In this document: piece after piece, positions 24,350-38,300 of the stretch | Layout: each line of letters begins with the position of its first letter | How positions within the stretch are numbered: position 1 is the first letter of the stretch | DNA from: Eledone cirrhosa | Lineage: Eukaryota | Length of the DNA stretch: 64,000 bases | Reading direction: 5' to 3' | Assembly: GCA_964016885.1 (NCBI GenBank) | Contig: OZ024744.1 | Span: forward strand, 133,610,001-133,674,000 | Notes under the pieces: generated by a model | What the model saw: only the letters and a program-made list of their open reading frames with translations | What the model was told of the DNA's origin: nothing | Databases searched by the model: none | Made by a program: the position numbers and the translations under genes

Positions 24350-27300
24350 TAAGTTAAGTTGGGGATAAGTTAAGTTGGGGATAATTTAAGTTGGGGTTAA
24401 GTTAAGTTGGGTTTAAGTTAAATTGGGGTTAAGTTAAGTTGGGGTTAAGTTAAGTTGGGGTTAAGTTAAGTTGGGGTTAAGTTAAGTTGGGGTTAATTTA
24501 AGTTGGGGCTAAGTTAAGTTGGGGCTGAGTTAAGTTGGGGTTAAGTTAAGTTGGGGTTAAGTTAAGTTGGGGTTAAGTTAAGTTGGGGTTTATTTAAGTT
24601 GGGGTTAATTTAAGTTGGGGTTCAGTTAAGTTGGGGTTAAGTTAAGTTGGGGTTAAGATGGGGTTAAATTAAGTTGGGGTTAAGTTAAGTTGGGGTTAAG
24701 TTAAGTTGGGGTTAAGTTAAGTTGGGGTTAAGTTAAGTCGGGGTTAAGTTAAGTCGGGGTTAAGTTAAGTTAGGGTTCAGTTAAGTTGGGGTTAAGTTAA
24801 GTTGGGGTTGAGTTAAGTTGGGGTTGAGTTAAATTGGGGTTGAGTTAAGTTGGGGTTGAGTTAAGTTGGTGTTGAGTTAAGTTGGGGTTAAGTTAAGTTG
24901 GGGTTAAGTTAAGTTGGGGTTAATTTAAGTTGGGGTTCAGTTAAGTTGGGGTTCAGTTAAGTTGGGGATAAGTTAAGTTGGGGTTAAGTTAAGTTGGGGT
25001 TAAGTTAAGTTGGGGTTAAGTTAAGTTGGGGCTAAGTTAAGTTGGGGCTGAGTTAAGTTGGGGCTGAGTTAAGTTGGGGTTAAGTTAAGTTGGGGTTGAG
25101 TTAAGTTGGGGTTAAGTTGGGGTCAAGTTAAGTTGGGGTTAAGTTGGGGTTAAGTTAAGTTAGGTTTAAGTTAAGTTGGGGTTAAGTTAAGTTGGGGTTA
25201 CGTTAAGTTGGTGTTAAGTTAAGTTGGGGTTAATTTAAGTTGGGGTTAATTAAGTTGGGGTTAAGTTAAGTTGGGGTTAAGTTAAGTTGGGGTTAATTTA
25301 AGTTGGGGTTGAGTTAAGTTGGGGTTAAGTTAAGTTGGGGTTATATTAAGTTGGGGTTAAGTTAAGTTGGGGTTCAGTTAAGTTGGGGATAAGTTAAGTT
25401 GGGGTTAAGTTAAGTTGGGGTTAAGTTAAGTTGGGGTTAAGTTAAGTTGGTGTTAAGTTAAGTTGGGGCTAAGTTAAGTTGGGGCTGAGTTAAGTTGGGG
25501 CTGAGTTAAGTTGGGGTTAAGTTAAGTTGGGGTTGAGTTAAATTGGGGTTAAGTTAAGTTGGGGTTAAGTTGGGGTTAAGTTAAGTTGGTGTTAAGTTAA
25601 GTTGGGGCTAAGTTAAGTTGGGGCTGAGTTAAGTTGGGGCTGAGTGAAGTTGGGGTTAAGTTAAGTTGGGGTTGAGTTAAGTTGGGGTTAAGTTAAGTTG
25701 GGGTCAAGTTAAGTTGGGGTTAAGTTGGGGTTAAGTTAAGTTAGGTTTAAGTTAAGTTGGGGTTAAGTTAAGTTGGGGTTAAGTTAAGTTGGGGTTAAGT
25801 TAAGTTGGGGTTAAGTTGAGTTGGGGTTAAGTTAATTTGTGGTTAAGTTAAGATGGGGTTAAGTTAAGTTGGGGTTAAGTTAAGTTGGGGTTAATTTAAG
25901 TCGGGGTTAAGTTAAGTTGGGGTTAAGTTAAGTTGGGGTTAATTTAAGTTGGGGTTAAGTTAAGTTGGGGCTAATTTAAGTTGGGGTTAAGTTAAGTTGG
26001 GGTTAAGTTAAGTTGGGGTTAAGTTAAGTTGAGGTTAAGTTAAGTTGGGGTTAAATTAAGTTGGGGTTAAGTTAAGTTGGGGTTAAGTTAAGTTGGGGTT
26101 AAGTTAAGTTGGGGATAAGTTAAGTTGGGGATAGTTTAAGTTGGGGTTAAGTTAAGTTGGGTTTAAGTTAAGTTGGGGTTAAGTTAAGTTGGGGATAAGT
26201 TAAGTTGGGGTTAAGTTAAGTTGGGGTTAAGTTAAGTTGGGGTTAAGTTAAGTTGGGGTTAAGTTAAGTTGGGGTTAATTTAAGTTGGGGTTTATTTAAG
26301 ATGGGGTTACGTTAAGTTGGTATTAAGTTAAGTTGGGGTTAATTTAAGTTGGGGTTAATTAAGTTGTGGTTAAGTTAAGTTGGGGTTAAGTTAAGTTAGG
26401 GCTAAGTTAAGTTGGGGCTGAGTTAAGTTGGGGTTAAGTTAAGTTGGGCTTAATTTAAGTCGGGGTTAAGTTAAGTTAGGGTTCAGTTAAGTTGGGGTTA
26501 AGTTAAGTTGGGGTTGAGTTAACTTGGGGTTGAGTTAAATTGGGGTTGAGTTAAGTTGGGGTTGAGTTAAGTTGGGGCTAAGTTAAGTTGGGGCTGAGTT
26601 AAGTTGGGGCTGAGTTAAGTTGGGGTTAAGTTAAGTTGGGGTTGAGTTAAGTTGGGGTTAAGTTAAGTTGGGGTCAAGTTAAGTTGGGGTTAAGTTGGGG
26701 TTAAGTTAAGTTGGGGTTAAGTTAAGTTGGGGTTAAGTTAAGTCGGGGTTAAGTTAAGTTGGGGTTAAGTTAAGTTGGGGTTAATTTAAGTTGGGGTTAA
26801 GTTAAGTTGGGGTTAAGTTAAGTTGGGGTTAAGTTAAGATGGGGTTAAGTTAAGTTGGGGTTAAGTTAAGTTGAGGTTAAGTTAAGTTGGGGTTAAATTA
26901 AGTTGGGGTTAAGTTAAGTTGGGGTTAAGTTAAGTTGGGGTTAAGTTAAGTTGGGGATAAGTTAAGTTGGGGATAATTTAAGTTGGGGTTAAGTTAAGTT
27001 GGGTTTAAGTTAAATTGGGGTTAAGTTAAGTTGGGGTTAAGTTAAGTTGGGGTTAAGTTAAGTTGGGGTTAAGTTAAGTTGGGGTTAAGTTAAGTTGGGG
27101 CTAAGTTAAGTTGGGGCTGAGTTAAGTTGGGGTTAAGTTAAGTTGGGGTTAAGTTAAGTTGGGGTTAAGTTAAGTTGGGGTTTATTTAAGTTGGGGTTAA
27201 TTTAAGTTGGGGTTCAGTTAAGTTGGGGTTAAGTTAAGTTGGGGTTAAGATGGGGTTAAATTAAGTTGGGGTTAAGTTAAGTTGGGGTTAAGTTAAGTTG

Positions 27301-30300
27301 GGGTTAAGTTAAGTTGGGGTTAAGTTAAGTCGGGGTTAAGTTAAGTCGGGGTTAAGTTAAGTTAGGGTTCAGTTAAGTTGGGGTTAAGTTAAGTTGGGGT
27401 TGAGTTAAGTTGGGGTTGAGTTAAATTGGGGTTGAGTTAAGTTGGGGTTGAGTTAAGTTGGTGTTGAGTTAAGTTGGGGTTAAGTTAAGTTGGGGTTAAG
27501 TTAAGTTGGGGTTAATTTAAGTTGGGGTTCAGTTAAGTTGGGGTTCAGTTAAGTTGGGGATAAGTTAAGTTGGGGTTAAGTTAAGTTGGGGTTAAGTTAA
27601 GTTGGGGTTAAGTTAAGTTGGTGTTAAGTTAAGTTGGGGCTAAGTTAAGTTGGGGCTGAGTTAAGTTGGGGCTGAGTTAAGTTGGGGTTAAGTTAAGTTG
27701 GGGTTGAGTTAAGTTGGGGTTAAGTTAAGTTGGGGTCAAGTTAAGTTGGGGTTAAGTTGGGGTTAAGTTAAGTTAGGTTTAAGTTAAGTTGGGGTTAAGT
27801 TAAGTTGGGGTTACGTTAAGTTGGTGTTAAGTTAAGTTGGGGTTAATTTAAGTTGGGGTTAATTAAGTTGGGGTTAAGTTAAGTTGGGGTTAAGTTAAGT
27901 TGGGGTTAATTTAAGTTGGGGTTGAGTTAAGTTGGGGTTAAGTTAAGTTGGGGTTATATTAAGTTGGGGTTAAGTTAAGTTGGGGTTCAGTTAAGTTGGG
28001 GATAAGTTAAGTTGGGGTTAAGTTAAGTTGGGGTTAAGTTAAGTTGGGGTTAAGTTAAGTTGGTGTTAAGTTAAGTTGGGGCTAAGTTAAGTTGGGGCTG
28101 AGTTAAGTTGGGGCTGAGTTAAGTTGGGGTTAAGTTAAGTTGGGGTTGAGTTAAGTTGGGGTTAAGTTAAGTTGGGGTTAAGTTGGGGTTAAGTTAAGTT
28201 GGTGTTAAGTTAAGTTGGGGCTAAGTTAAGTTGGGGCTGAGTTAAGTTGGGGCTGAGTGAAGTTGGGGTTAAGTTAAGTTGGGGTTGAGTTAAGTTGGGG
28301 TTAAGTTAAGTTGGGGTTAAGTTAAGTTGGGGATAAGTTAAGTTGGGGATAATTTAAGTTGGGGTTAAGTTAAGTTGGGTTTAAGTTAAATTGGGGTTAA
28401 GTTAAGTTGGGGTTAAGTTAAGTTGGGGTTAAGTTAAGTTGGGGTTAAGTTAAGTTGGGGTTAATTTAAGTTGGGGCTAAGTTAAGTTGGGGCTGAGTTA
28501 AGTTGGGGTTAAGTTAAGTTGGGGTTAAGTTAAGTTGGGGTTAAGTTAAGTTGGGGTTTATTTAAGTTGGGGTTAATTTAAGTTGGGGTTCAGTTAAGTT
28601 GGGGTTAAGTTAAGTTGGGGTTAAGATGGGGTTAAATTAAGTTGGGGTTAAGTTAAGTTGGGGTTAAGTTAAGTTGGGGTTAAGTTAAGTTGGGGTTAAG
28701 TTAAGTCGGGGTTAAGTTAAGTCGGGGTTAAGTTAAGTTAGGGTTCAGTTAAGTTGGGGTTAAGTTAAGTTGGGGTTGAGTTAAGTTGGGGTTGAGTTAA
28801 ATTGGGGTTGAGTTAAGTTGGGGTTGAGTTAAGTTGGTGTTGAGTTAAGTTGGGGTTAAGTTAAGTTGGGGTTAAGTTAAGTTGGGGTTAATTTAAGTTG
28901 GGGTTCAGTTAAGTTGGGGTTCAGTTAAGTTGGGGATAAGTTAAGTTGGGGTTAAGTTAAGTTGGGGTTAAGTTAAGTTGGGGTTAAGTTAAGTTGGGGC
29001 TAAGTTAAGTTGGGGCTGAGTTAAGTTGGGGCTGAGTTAAGTTGGGGTTAAGTTAAGTTGGGGTTGAGTTAAGTTGGGGTTAAGTTAAGTTGGGGTCAAG
29101 TTAAGTTGGGGTTAAGTTGGGGTTAAGTTAAGTTAGGTTTAAGTTAAGTTGGGGTTAAGTTAAGTTGGGGTTACGTTAAGTTGGTGTTAAGTTAAGTTGG
29201 GGTTAATTTAAGTTGGGGTTAATTAAGTTGGGGTTAAGTTAAGTTGGGGTTAAGTTAAGTTGGGGTTAATTTAAGTTGGGGTTGAGTTAAGTTGGGGTTA
29301 AGTTAAGTTGGGGTTATATTAAGTTGGGGTTAAGTTAAGTTGGGGTTCAGTTAAGTTGGGGATAAGTTAAGTTGGGGTTAAGTTAAGTTGGGGTTAAGTT
29401 AAGTTGGGGTTAAGTTAAGTTGGTGTTAAGTTAAGTTGGGGCTAAGTTAAGTTGGGGCTGAGTTAAGTTGGGGCTGAGTTAAGTTGGGGTTAAGTTAAGT
29501 TGGGGTTGAGTTAAATTGGGGTTAAGTTAAGTTGGGGTTAAGTTGGGGTTAAGTTAAGTTGGTGTTAAGTTAAGTTGGGGCTAAGTTAAGTTGGGGCTGA
29601 GTTAAGTTGGGGCTGAGTGAAGTTGGGGTTAAGTTAAGTTGGGGTTGAGTTAAGTTGGGGTTAAGTTAAGTTGGGGTCAAGTTAAGTTGGGGTTAAGTTG
29701 GGGTTAAGTTAAGTTAGGTTTAAGTTAAGTTGGGGTTAAGTTAAGTTGGGGTTAAGTTAAGTTGGGGTTAAGTTAAGTTGGGGTTAAGTTGAGTTGGGGT
29801 TAAGTTAATTTGTGGTTAAGTTAAGATGGGGTTAAGTTAAGTTGGGGTTAAGTTAAGTTGGGGTTAATTTAAGTCGGGGTTAAGTTAAGTTGGGGTTAAG
29901 TTAAGTTGGGGTTAATTTAAGTTGGGGTTAAGTTAAGTTGGGGCTAATTTAAGTTGGGGTTAAGTTAAGTTGGGGTTAAGTTAAGTTGGGGTTAAGTTAA
30001 GTTGAGGTTAAGTTAAGTTGGGGTTAAATTAAGTTGGGGTTAAGTTAAGTTGGGGTTAAGTTAAGTTGGGGTTAAGTTAAGTTGGGGATAAGTTAAGTTG
30101 GGGATAGTTTAAGTTGGGGTTAAGTTAAGTTGGGTTTAAGTTAAGTTGGGGTTAAGTTAAGTTGGGGATAAGTTAAGTTGGGGTTAAGTTAAGTTGGGGT
30201 TAAGTTAAGTTGGGGTTAAGTTAAGTTGGGGCTAAGTTAAGTTGGGGCTGAGTTAAGTTGGGGTTAAGTTAAGTTGGGGTTAAGTTAAGTTGGGGTTAAT

Positions 30301-32300
30301 TTAAGTTGGGGTTTATTTAAGATGGGGTTACGTTAAGTTGGTATTAAGTTAAGTTGGGGTTAATTTAAGTTGGGGTTAATTAAGTTGGGGTTAAGTTAAG
30401 TTGGGGTTAAGTTAAGTTAGGGCTAAGTTAAGTTGGGGCTGAGTTAAGTTGGGGTTAAGTTAAGTTGGGCTTAATTTAAGTCGGGGTTAAGTTAAGTTAG
30501 GGTTCAGTTAAGTTGGGGTTAAGTTAAGTTGGGGTTGAGTTAACTTGGGGTTGAGTTAAATTGGGGTTGAGTTAAGTTGGGGTTGAGTTAAGTTGGGGCT
30601 AAGTTAAGTTGGGGCTGAGTTAAGTTGGGGCTGAGTTAAGTTGGGGTTAAGTTAAGTTGGGGTTGAGTTAAGTTGGGGTTAAGTTAAGTTGGGGTCAAGT
30701 TAAGTTGGGGTTAAGTTGGGGTTAAGTTAAGTTGGGGTTAAGTTAAGTTGGGGTTAAGTTAAGTCGGGGTTAAGTTAAGTTGGGGTTAAGTTAAGTTGGG
30801 GTTAATTTAAGTTGGGGTTAAGTTAAGTTGGGGTTAAGTTAAGTTGGGGTTAAGTTAAGATGGGGTTAAGTTAAGTTGGGGTTAAGTTAAGTTGAGGTTA
30901 AGTTAAGTTGGGGTTAAATTAAGTTGGGGTTAAGTTAAGTTGGGGTTAAGTTAAGTTGGGGTTAAGTTAAGTTGGGGATAAGTTAAGTTGGGGATAATTT
31001 AAGTTGGGGTTAAGTTAAGTTGGGTTTAAGTTAAATTGGGGTTAAGTTAAGTTGGGGTTAAGTTAAGTTGGGGTTAAGTTAAGTTGGGGTTAAGTTAAGT
31101 TGGGGTTAAGTTAAGTTGGGGCTAAGTTAAGTTGGGGCTGAGTTAAGTTGGGGTTAAGTTAAGTTGGGGTTAAGTTAAGTTGGGGTTAAGTTAAGTTGGG
31201 GTTTATTTAAGTTGGGGTTAATTTAAGTTGGGGTTCAGTTAAGTTGGGGTTAAGTTAAGTTGGGGTTAAGATGGGGTTAAATTAAGTTGGGGTTAAGTTA
31301 AGTTGGGGTTAAGTTAAGTTGGGGTTAAGTTAAGTTGGGGTTAAGTTAAGTCGGGGTTAAGTTAAGTCGGGGTTAAGTTAAGTTAGGGTTCAGTTAAGTT
31401 GGGGTTAAGTTAAGTTGGGGTTGAGTTAAGTTGGGGTTGAGTTAAATTGGGGTTGAGTTAAGTTGGGGTTGAGTTAAGTTGGTGTTGAGTTAAGTTGGGG
31501 TTAAGTTAAGTTGGGGTTAAGTTAAGTTGGGGTTAATTTAAGTTGGGGTTCAGTTAAGTTGGGGTTCAGTTAAGTTGGGGATAAGTTAAGTTGGGGTTAA
31601 GTTAAGTTGGGGTTAAGTTAAGTTGGGGTTAAGTTAAGTTGGTGTTAAGTTAAGTTGGGGCTAAGTTAAGTTGGGGCTGAGTTAAGTTGGGGCTGAGTTA
31701 AGTTGGGGTTAAGTTAAGTTGGGGTTGAGTTAAGTTGGGGTTAAGTTAAGTTGGGGTCAAGTTAAGTTGGGGTTAAGTTGGGGTTAAGTTAAGTTAGGTT
31801 TAAGTTAAGTTGGGGTTAAGTTAAGTTGGGGTTACGTTAAGTTGGTGTTAAGTTAAGTTGGGGTTAATTTAAGTTGGGGTTAATTAAGTTGGGGTTAAGT
31901 TAAGTTGGGGTTAAGTTAAGTTGGGGTTAATTTAAGTTGGGGTTGAGTTAAGTTGGGGTTAAGTTAAGTTGGGGTTATATTAAGTTGGGGTTAAGTTAAG
32001 TTGGGGTTCAGTTAAGTTGGGGATAAGTTAAGTTGGGGTTAAGTTAAGTTGGGGTTAAGTTAAGTTGGGGTTAAGTTAAGTTGGTGTTAAGTTAAGTTGG
32101 GGCTAAGTTAAGTTGGGGCTGAGTTAAGTTGGGGCTGAGTTAAGTTGGGGTTAAGTTAAGTTGGGGTTGAGTTAAGTTGGGGTTAAGTTAAGTTGGGGTT
32201 AAGTTGGGGTTAAGTTAAGTTGGTGTTAAGTTAAGTTGGGGCTAAGTTAAGTTGGGGCTGAGTTAAGTTGGGGCTGAGTGAAGTTGGGGTTAAGTTAAGT
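24350..32300 (+). repeat. Tandem duplication, unit ~4.0 kb (inversion-less higher-order repeat)
   Basis: Marker offsets are 3,968 (TTAATTTAAGTTGGGGCT 24493/28461), 3,973 (TTGAGTT 25818/29791) and 4,021 (GGTATT 26321/30342; TAACTTGGGG 26521/30542). The differences correspond to 5-bp and 48-bp indels. Confidence 0.82.
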
Positions 32301-35300
32301 TGGGGTTGAGTTAAGTTGGGGTTAAGTTAAGTTGGGGTCAAGTTAAGTTGGGGTTAAGTTGGGGTTAAGTTAAGTTAGGTTTAAGTTAAGTTGGGGTTAA
32401 GTTAAGTTGGGGTTAAGTTAAGTTGGGGTTAAGTTAAGTTGGGGTTAAGTTAATTTGTGGTTAAGTTAAGTTGGGGTTAAGTTAAGTTGGGGTTAAGTTA
32501 AGTTGGGGTTAATTTAAGTCGGGGTTAAGTTAAGTTGGGGTTAAGTTAAGTTGGGGTTAATTTAAGTTGGGGTTAAGTTAAGTTGGGGCTAATTTAAGTT
32601 GGGGTTAAGTTAAGTTGGGGTTAAGTTAAGTTGGGGTTAAGTTAAGTTGAGGTTAAGTTAAGTTGGGGTTAAATTAAGTTGGGGTTAAGTTAAGTTGGGG
32701 TTAAGTTAAGTTGGGGTTGAGTTAAGTTGGGGCTAAGTTAAGTTGGGGCTGAGTTAAGTTGGGGCTGAGTTAAGTTGGGGTTAAGTTAAGTTGGGGTTGA
32801 GTTAAGTTGGGGTTAAGTTAAGTTGGGGTCAAGTTAAGTTGGGGTTAAGTTGGGGTTAAGTTAAGTTGGGGTTAAGTTAAGTTGGGGTTAAGTTAAGTCG
32901 GGGTTAAGTTAAGTTGGGGTTAAGTTAAGTTGGGGTTAATTTAAGTTGGGGTTAAGTTAAGTTGGGGTTAAGTTAAGTTGGGGTTAAGTTAAGTTGGGGT
33001 TAAGTTAAGTTGGGGATAAGTTAAGTTGGGGATAATTTAAGTTGGGGTTAAGTTAAGTTGGGTTTAAGTTAAATTGGGGTTAAGTTAAGTTGGGGTTAAG
33101 TTAAGTTGGGGTTAAGTTAAGTTGGGGTTAAGTTAAGTTGGGGTTAAGTTAAGTTGGGGCTAAGTTAAGTTGGGGCTGAGTTAAGTTGGGGTTAAGTTAA
33201 GTTGGGGTTAAGTTAAGTTGGGGTTAAGTTAAGTTGGGGTTTATTTAAGTTGGGGTTAATTTAAGTTGGGGTTCAGTTAAGTTGGGGTTAAGTTAAGTTG
33301 GGGTTAAGATGGGGTTAAATTAAGTTGGGGTTAAGTTAAGTTGGGGTTAAGTTAAGTTGGGGTTAAGTTAAGTTGGGGTTAAGTTAAGTCGGGGTTAAGT
33401 TAAGTCGGGGTTAAGTTAAGTTAGGGTTCAGTTAAGTTGGGGTTAAGTTAAGTTGGGGTTGAGTTAAGTTGGGGTTGAGTTAAATTGGGGTTGAGTTAAG
33501 TTGGGGTTGAGTTAAGTTGGTGTTGAGTTAAGTTGGGGTTAAGTTAAGTTGGGGTTAAGTTAAGTTGGGGTTAATTTAAGTTGGGGTTCAGTTAAGTTGG
33601 GGTTCAGTTAAGTTGGGGATAAGTTAAGTTGGGGTTAAGTTAAGTTGGGGTTAAGTTAAGTTGGGGTTAAGTTAAGTTGGGGCTAAGTTAAGTTGGGGCT
33701 GAGTTAAGTTGGGGCTGAGTTAAGTTGGGGTTAAGTTAAGTTGGGGTTGAGTTAAGTTGGGGTTAAGTTAAGTTGGGGTCAAGTTAAGTTGGGGTTAAGT
33801 TGGGGTTAAGTTAAGTTAGGTTTAAGTTAAGTTGGGGTTAAGTTAAGTTGGGGTTACGTTAAGTTGGTGTTAAGTTAAGTTGGGGTTAATTTAAGTTGGG
33901 GTTAATTAAGTTGGGGTTAAGTTAAGTTGGGGTTAAGTTAAGTTGGGGTTAATTTAAGTTGGGGTTGAGTTAAGTTGGGGTTAAGTTAAGTTGGGGTTAT
34001 ATTAAGTTGGGGTTAAGTTAAGTTGGGGTTCAGTTAAGTTGGGGATAAGTTAAGTTGGGGTTAAGTTAAGTTGGGGTTAAGTTAAGTTGGGGTTAAGTTA
34101 AGTTGGTGTTAAGTTAAGTTGGGGCTAAGTTAAGTTGGGGCTGAGTTAAGTTGGGGCTGAGTTAAGTTGGGGTTAAGTTAAGTTGGGGTTGAGTTAAATT
34201 GGGGTTAAGTTAAGTTGGGGTTAAGTTGGGGTTAAGTTAAGTTGGTGTTAAGTTAAGTTGGGGCTAAGTTAAGTTGGGGCTGAGTTAAGTTGGGGCTGAG
34301 TGAAGTTGGGGTTAAGTTAAGTTGGGGTTGAGTTAAGTTGGGGTTAAGTTAAGTTGGGGTCAAGTTAAGTTGGGGTTAAGTTGGGGTTAAGTTAAGTTAG
34401 GTTTAAGTTAAGTTGGGGTTAAGTTAAGTTGGGGTTAAGTTAAGTTGGGGTTAAGTTAAGTTGGGGTTAAGTTAAGTTGGGGTTAAGTTAATTTGTGGTT
34501 AAGTTAAGTTGGGGTTAAGTTAAGTTGGGGTTAAGTTAAGTTGGGGTTAATTTAAGTCGGGGTTAATTTAAGTTGGGGTTAAGTTAAGTTGGGGTTAATT
34601 TAAGTTGGGGTTAAGTTAAGTTGGGGCTAATTTAAGTTGGGGTTAAGTTAAGTTGGGGTTAAGTTAAGTTGGGGTTAAGTTAAGTTGAGGTTAAGTTAAG
34701 TTGGGGTTAAATTAAGTTGGGGTTAAGTTAAGTTGGGGTTAAGTTAAGTTGGGGTTAAGTTAAGTTGGGGATAAGTTAAGTTGGGGATAGTTTAAGTTGG
34801 GGTTAAGTTAAGTTGGGTTTAAGTTAAGTTGGGGTTAAGTTAAGTTGGGGATAAGTTAAGTTGGGGTTAAGTTAAGTTGGGGTTAAGTTAAGTTGGGGTT
34901 AAGTTAAGTTGGGGCTAAGTTAAGTTGGGGCTGAGTTAAGTTGGGGTTAAGTTAAGTTGGGGTTAAATTAAGTTGGGGTTAATTTAAGTTGGGGTTTATT
35001 TAAGATGGGGTTACGTTAAGTTGGTATTAAGTTAAGTTGGGGTTAATTTAAGTTGGGGTTAATTAAGTTGGGGTTAAGTTAAGTTGGGGTTAAGTTAAGT
35101 TAGGGCTAAGTTAAGTTGGGGCTGAGTTAAGTTGGGGTTAAGTTAAGTTGGGCTTAATTTAAGTCGGGGTTAAGTTAAGTTAGGGTTCAGTTAAGTTGGG
35201 GTTAAGTTAAGTTGGGGTTGAGTTAACTTGGGGTTGAGTTAAATTGGGGTTGAGTTAAGTTGGGGTTGAGTTAAGTTGGGGCTAAGTTAAGTTGGGGCTG

Positions 35301-38300
35301 AGTTAAGTTGGGGCTGAGTTAAGTTGGGGTTAAGTTAAGTTGGGGTTGAGTTAAGTTGGGGTTAAGTTAAGTTGGGGTCAAGTTAAGTTGGGGTTAAGTT
35401 GGGGTTAAGTTAAGTTGGGGTTAAGTTAAGTTGGGGTTAAGTTAAGTCGGGGTTAAGTTAAGTTGGGGTTAAGTTAAGTTGGGGTTAATTTAAGTTGGGG
35501 TTAAGTTAAGTTGGGGTTAAGTTAAGTTGGGGTTAAGTTAAGATGGGGTTAAGTTAAGTTGGGGTTAAGTTAAGTTGAGGTTAAGTTAAGTTGGGGTTAA
35601 ATTAAGTTGGGGTTAAGTTAAGTTGGGGTTAAGTTAAGTTGGGGTTAAGTTAAGTTGGGGATAAGTTAAGTTGGGGATAATTTAAGTTGGGGTTAAGTTA
35701 AGTTGGGTTTAAGTTAAATTGGGGTTAAGTTAAGTTGGGGTTAAGTTAAGTTGGGGTTAAGTTAAGTTGGGGTTAAGTTAAGTTGGGGTTAAGTTAAGTT
35801 GGGGCTAAGTTAAGTTGGGGCTGAGTTAAGTTGGGGTTAAGTTAAGTTGGGGTTAAGTTAAGTTGGGGTTAAGTTAAGTTGGGGTTTATTTAAGTTGGGG
35901 TTAATTTAAGTTGGGGTTCAGTTAAGTTGGGGTTAAGTTAAGTTGGGGTTAAGATGGGGTTAAATTAAGTTGGGGTTAAGTTAAGTTGGGGTTAAGTTAA
36001 GTTGGGGTTAAGTTAAGTTGGGGTTAAGTTAAGTCGGGGTTAAGTTAAGTCGGGGTTAAGTTAAGTTAGGGTTCAGTTAAGTTGGGGTTAAGTTAAGTTG
36101 GGGTTGAGTTAAGTTGGGGTTGAGTTAAATTGGGGTTGAGTTAAGTTGGGGTTGAGTTAAGTTGGTGTTGAGTTAAGTTGGGGTTAAGTTAAGTTGGGGT
36201 TAAGTTAAGTTGGGGTTAATTTAAGTTGGGGTTCAGTTAATTGGGGTTCAGTTAAGTTGGGGATAAGTTAAGTTGGGGTTGAGTTAAGTTGGGGTTAAGT
36301 TAAGTTGGGGTCAAGTTAAGTTGGGGTTAAGTTGGGGTTAAGTTAAGTTAGGTTTAAGTTAAGTTGGGGTTAAGTTAAGTTGGGGTTACGTTAAGTTGGT
36401 GTTAAGTTAAGTTGGGGTTAATTTAAGTTGGGGTTAATTAAGTTGGGGTTAAGTTAAGTTGGGGTTAAGTTAAGTTGGGGTTAATTTAAGTTGGGGTTGA
36501 GTTAAGTTGGGGTTAAGTTAAGTTGGGGTTATATTAAGTTGGGGTTAAGTTAAGTTGGGGTTCAGTTAAGTTGGGGATAAGTTAAGTTGGGGTTAAGTTA
36601 AGTTGGGGTTAAGTTAAGTTGGGGTTAAGTTAAGTTGGTGTTAAGTTAAGTTGGGGCTAAGTTAAGTTGGGGCTGAGTTAAGTTGGGGCTGAGTTAAGTT
36701 GGGGTTAAGTTAAGTTGGGGTTGAGTTAAGTTGGGGTTAAGTTAAGTTGGGGTTAAGTTGGGGTTAAGTTAAGTTGGTGTTAAGTTAAGTTGGGGCTAAG
36801 TTAAGTTGGGGCTGAGTTAAGTTGGGGCTGAGTGAAGTTGGGGTTAAGTTAAGTTGGGGTTGAGTTAAGTTGGGGTTAAGTTAAGTTGGGGTCAAGTTAA
36901 GTTGGGGTTAAGTTGGGGTTAAGTTAAGTTAGGTTTAAGTTAAGTTGGGGTTAAGTTAAGTTGGGGTTAAGTTAAGTTGGGGTTAAGTTAAGTTGGGGTT
37001 AAGTTAAGTTGGGGTTAAGTTAATTTGTGGTTAAGTTAAGTTGGGGTTAAGTTAAGTTGGGGTTAATTTAAGTCGGGGTTAAGTTAAGTTGGGGTTAAGT
37101 TAAGTTGGGGTTAATTTAAGTTGGGGTTAAGTTAAGTTGGGGCTAATTTAAGTTGGGGTTAAGTTAAGTTGGGGTTAAGTTAAGTTGGGGTTAAGTTAAG
37201 TTGAGGTTAAGTTAAGTTGGGGTTAAATTAAGTTGGGGTTAAGTTAAGTTGGGGTTAAGTTAAGTTGGCGTTGAGTTAAGTTGGGGCTAAGTTAAGTTGG
37301 GGCTGAGTTAAGTTGGGGCTGAGTTAAGTTGGGGTTAAGTTAAGTTGGGGTTGAGTTAAGTTGGGGTTAAGTTAAGTTGGGGTCAAGTTAAGTTGGGGTT
37401 AAGTTGGGGTTAAGTTAAGTTGGGGTTAAGTTAAGTTGGGGTTAAGTTAAGTCGGGGTTAAGTTAAGTTGGGGTTAAGTTAAGTTGGGGTTAATTTAAGT
37501 TGGGGTTAAGTTAAGTTGGGGTTAAGTTAAGTTGGGGTTAAGTTAAGATGGGGTTAAGTTAAGTTGGGGTTAAGTTAAGTTGAGGTTAAGTTAAGTTGGG
37601 GTTAAATTAAGTTGGGGTTAAGTTAAGTTGGGGTTAAGTTAAGTTGGGGTTAAGTTAAGTTGGGGATAAGTTAAGTTGGGGATAATTTAAGTTGGGGTTA
37701 AGTTAAGTTGGGTTTAAGTTAAATTGGGGTTAAGTTAAGTTGGGGTTAAGTTAAGTTGGGGTTAAGTTAAGTTGGGGTTAAGTTAAGTTGGGGTTAAGTT
37801 AAGTTGGGGCTAAGTTAAGTTGGGGCTGAGTTAAGTTGGGGTTAAGTTAAGTTGGGGTTAAGTTAAGTTGGGGTTAAGTTAAGTTGGGGTTTATTTAAGT
37901 TGGGGTTAATTTAAGTTGGGGTTCAGTTAAGTTGGGGTTAAGTTAAGTTGGGGTTAAGATGGGGTTAAATTAAGTTGGGGTTAAGTTAAGTTGGGGTTAA
38001 GTTAAGTTGGGGTTAAGTTAAGTTGGGGTTAAGTTAAGTCGGGGTTATGTTAAGTCGGGGTTAAGTTAAGTTAGGGTTCAGTTAAGTTGGGGTTAAGTTA
38101 AGTTGGGGTTGAGTTAAGTTGGGGTTGAGTTAAATTGGGGTTGAGTTAAGTTGGGGTTGAGTTAAGTTGGTGTTGAGTTAAGTTGGGGTTAAGTTAAGTT
38201 GGGGTTAAGTTAAGTTGGGGTTAATTTAAGTTGGGGTTCAGTTAAGTTGGGGTTCAGTTAAGTTGGGGATAAGTTAAGTTGGGGTTAAGTTAAGTTGGGG

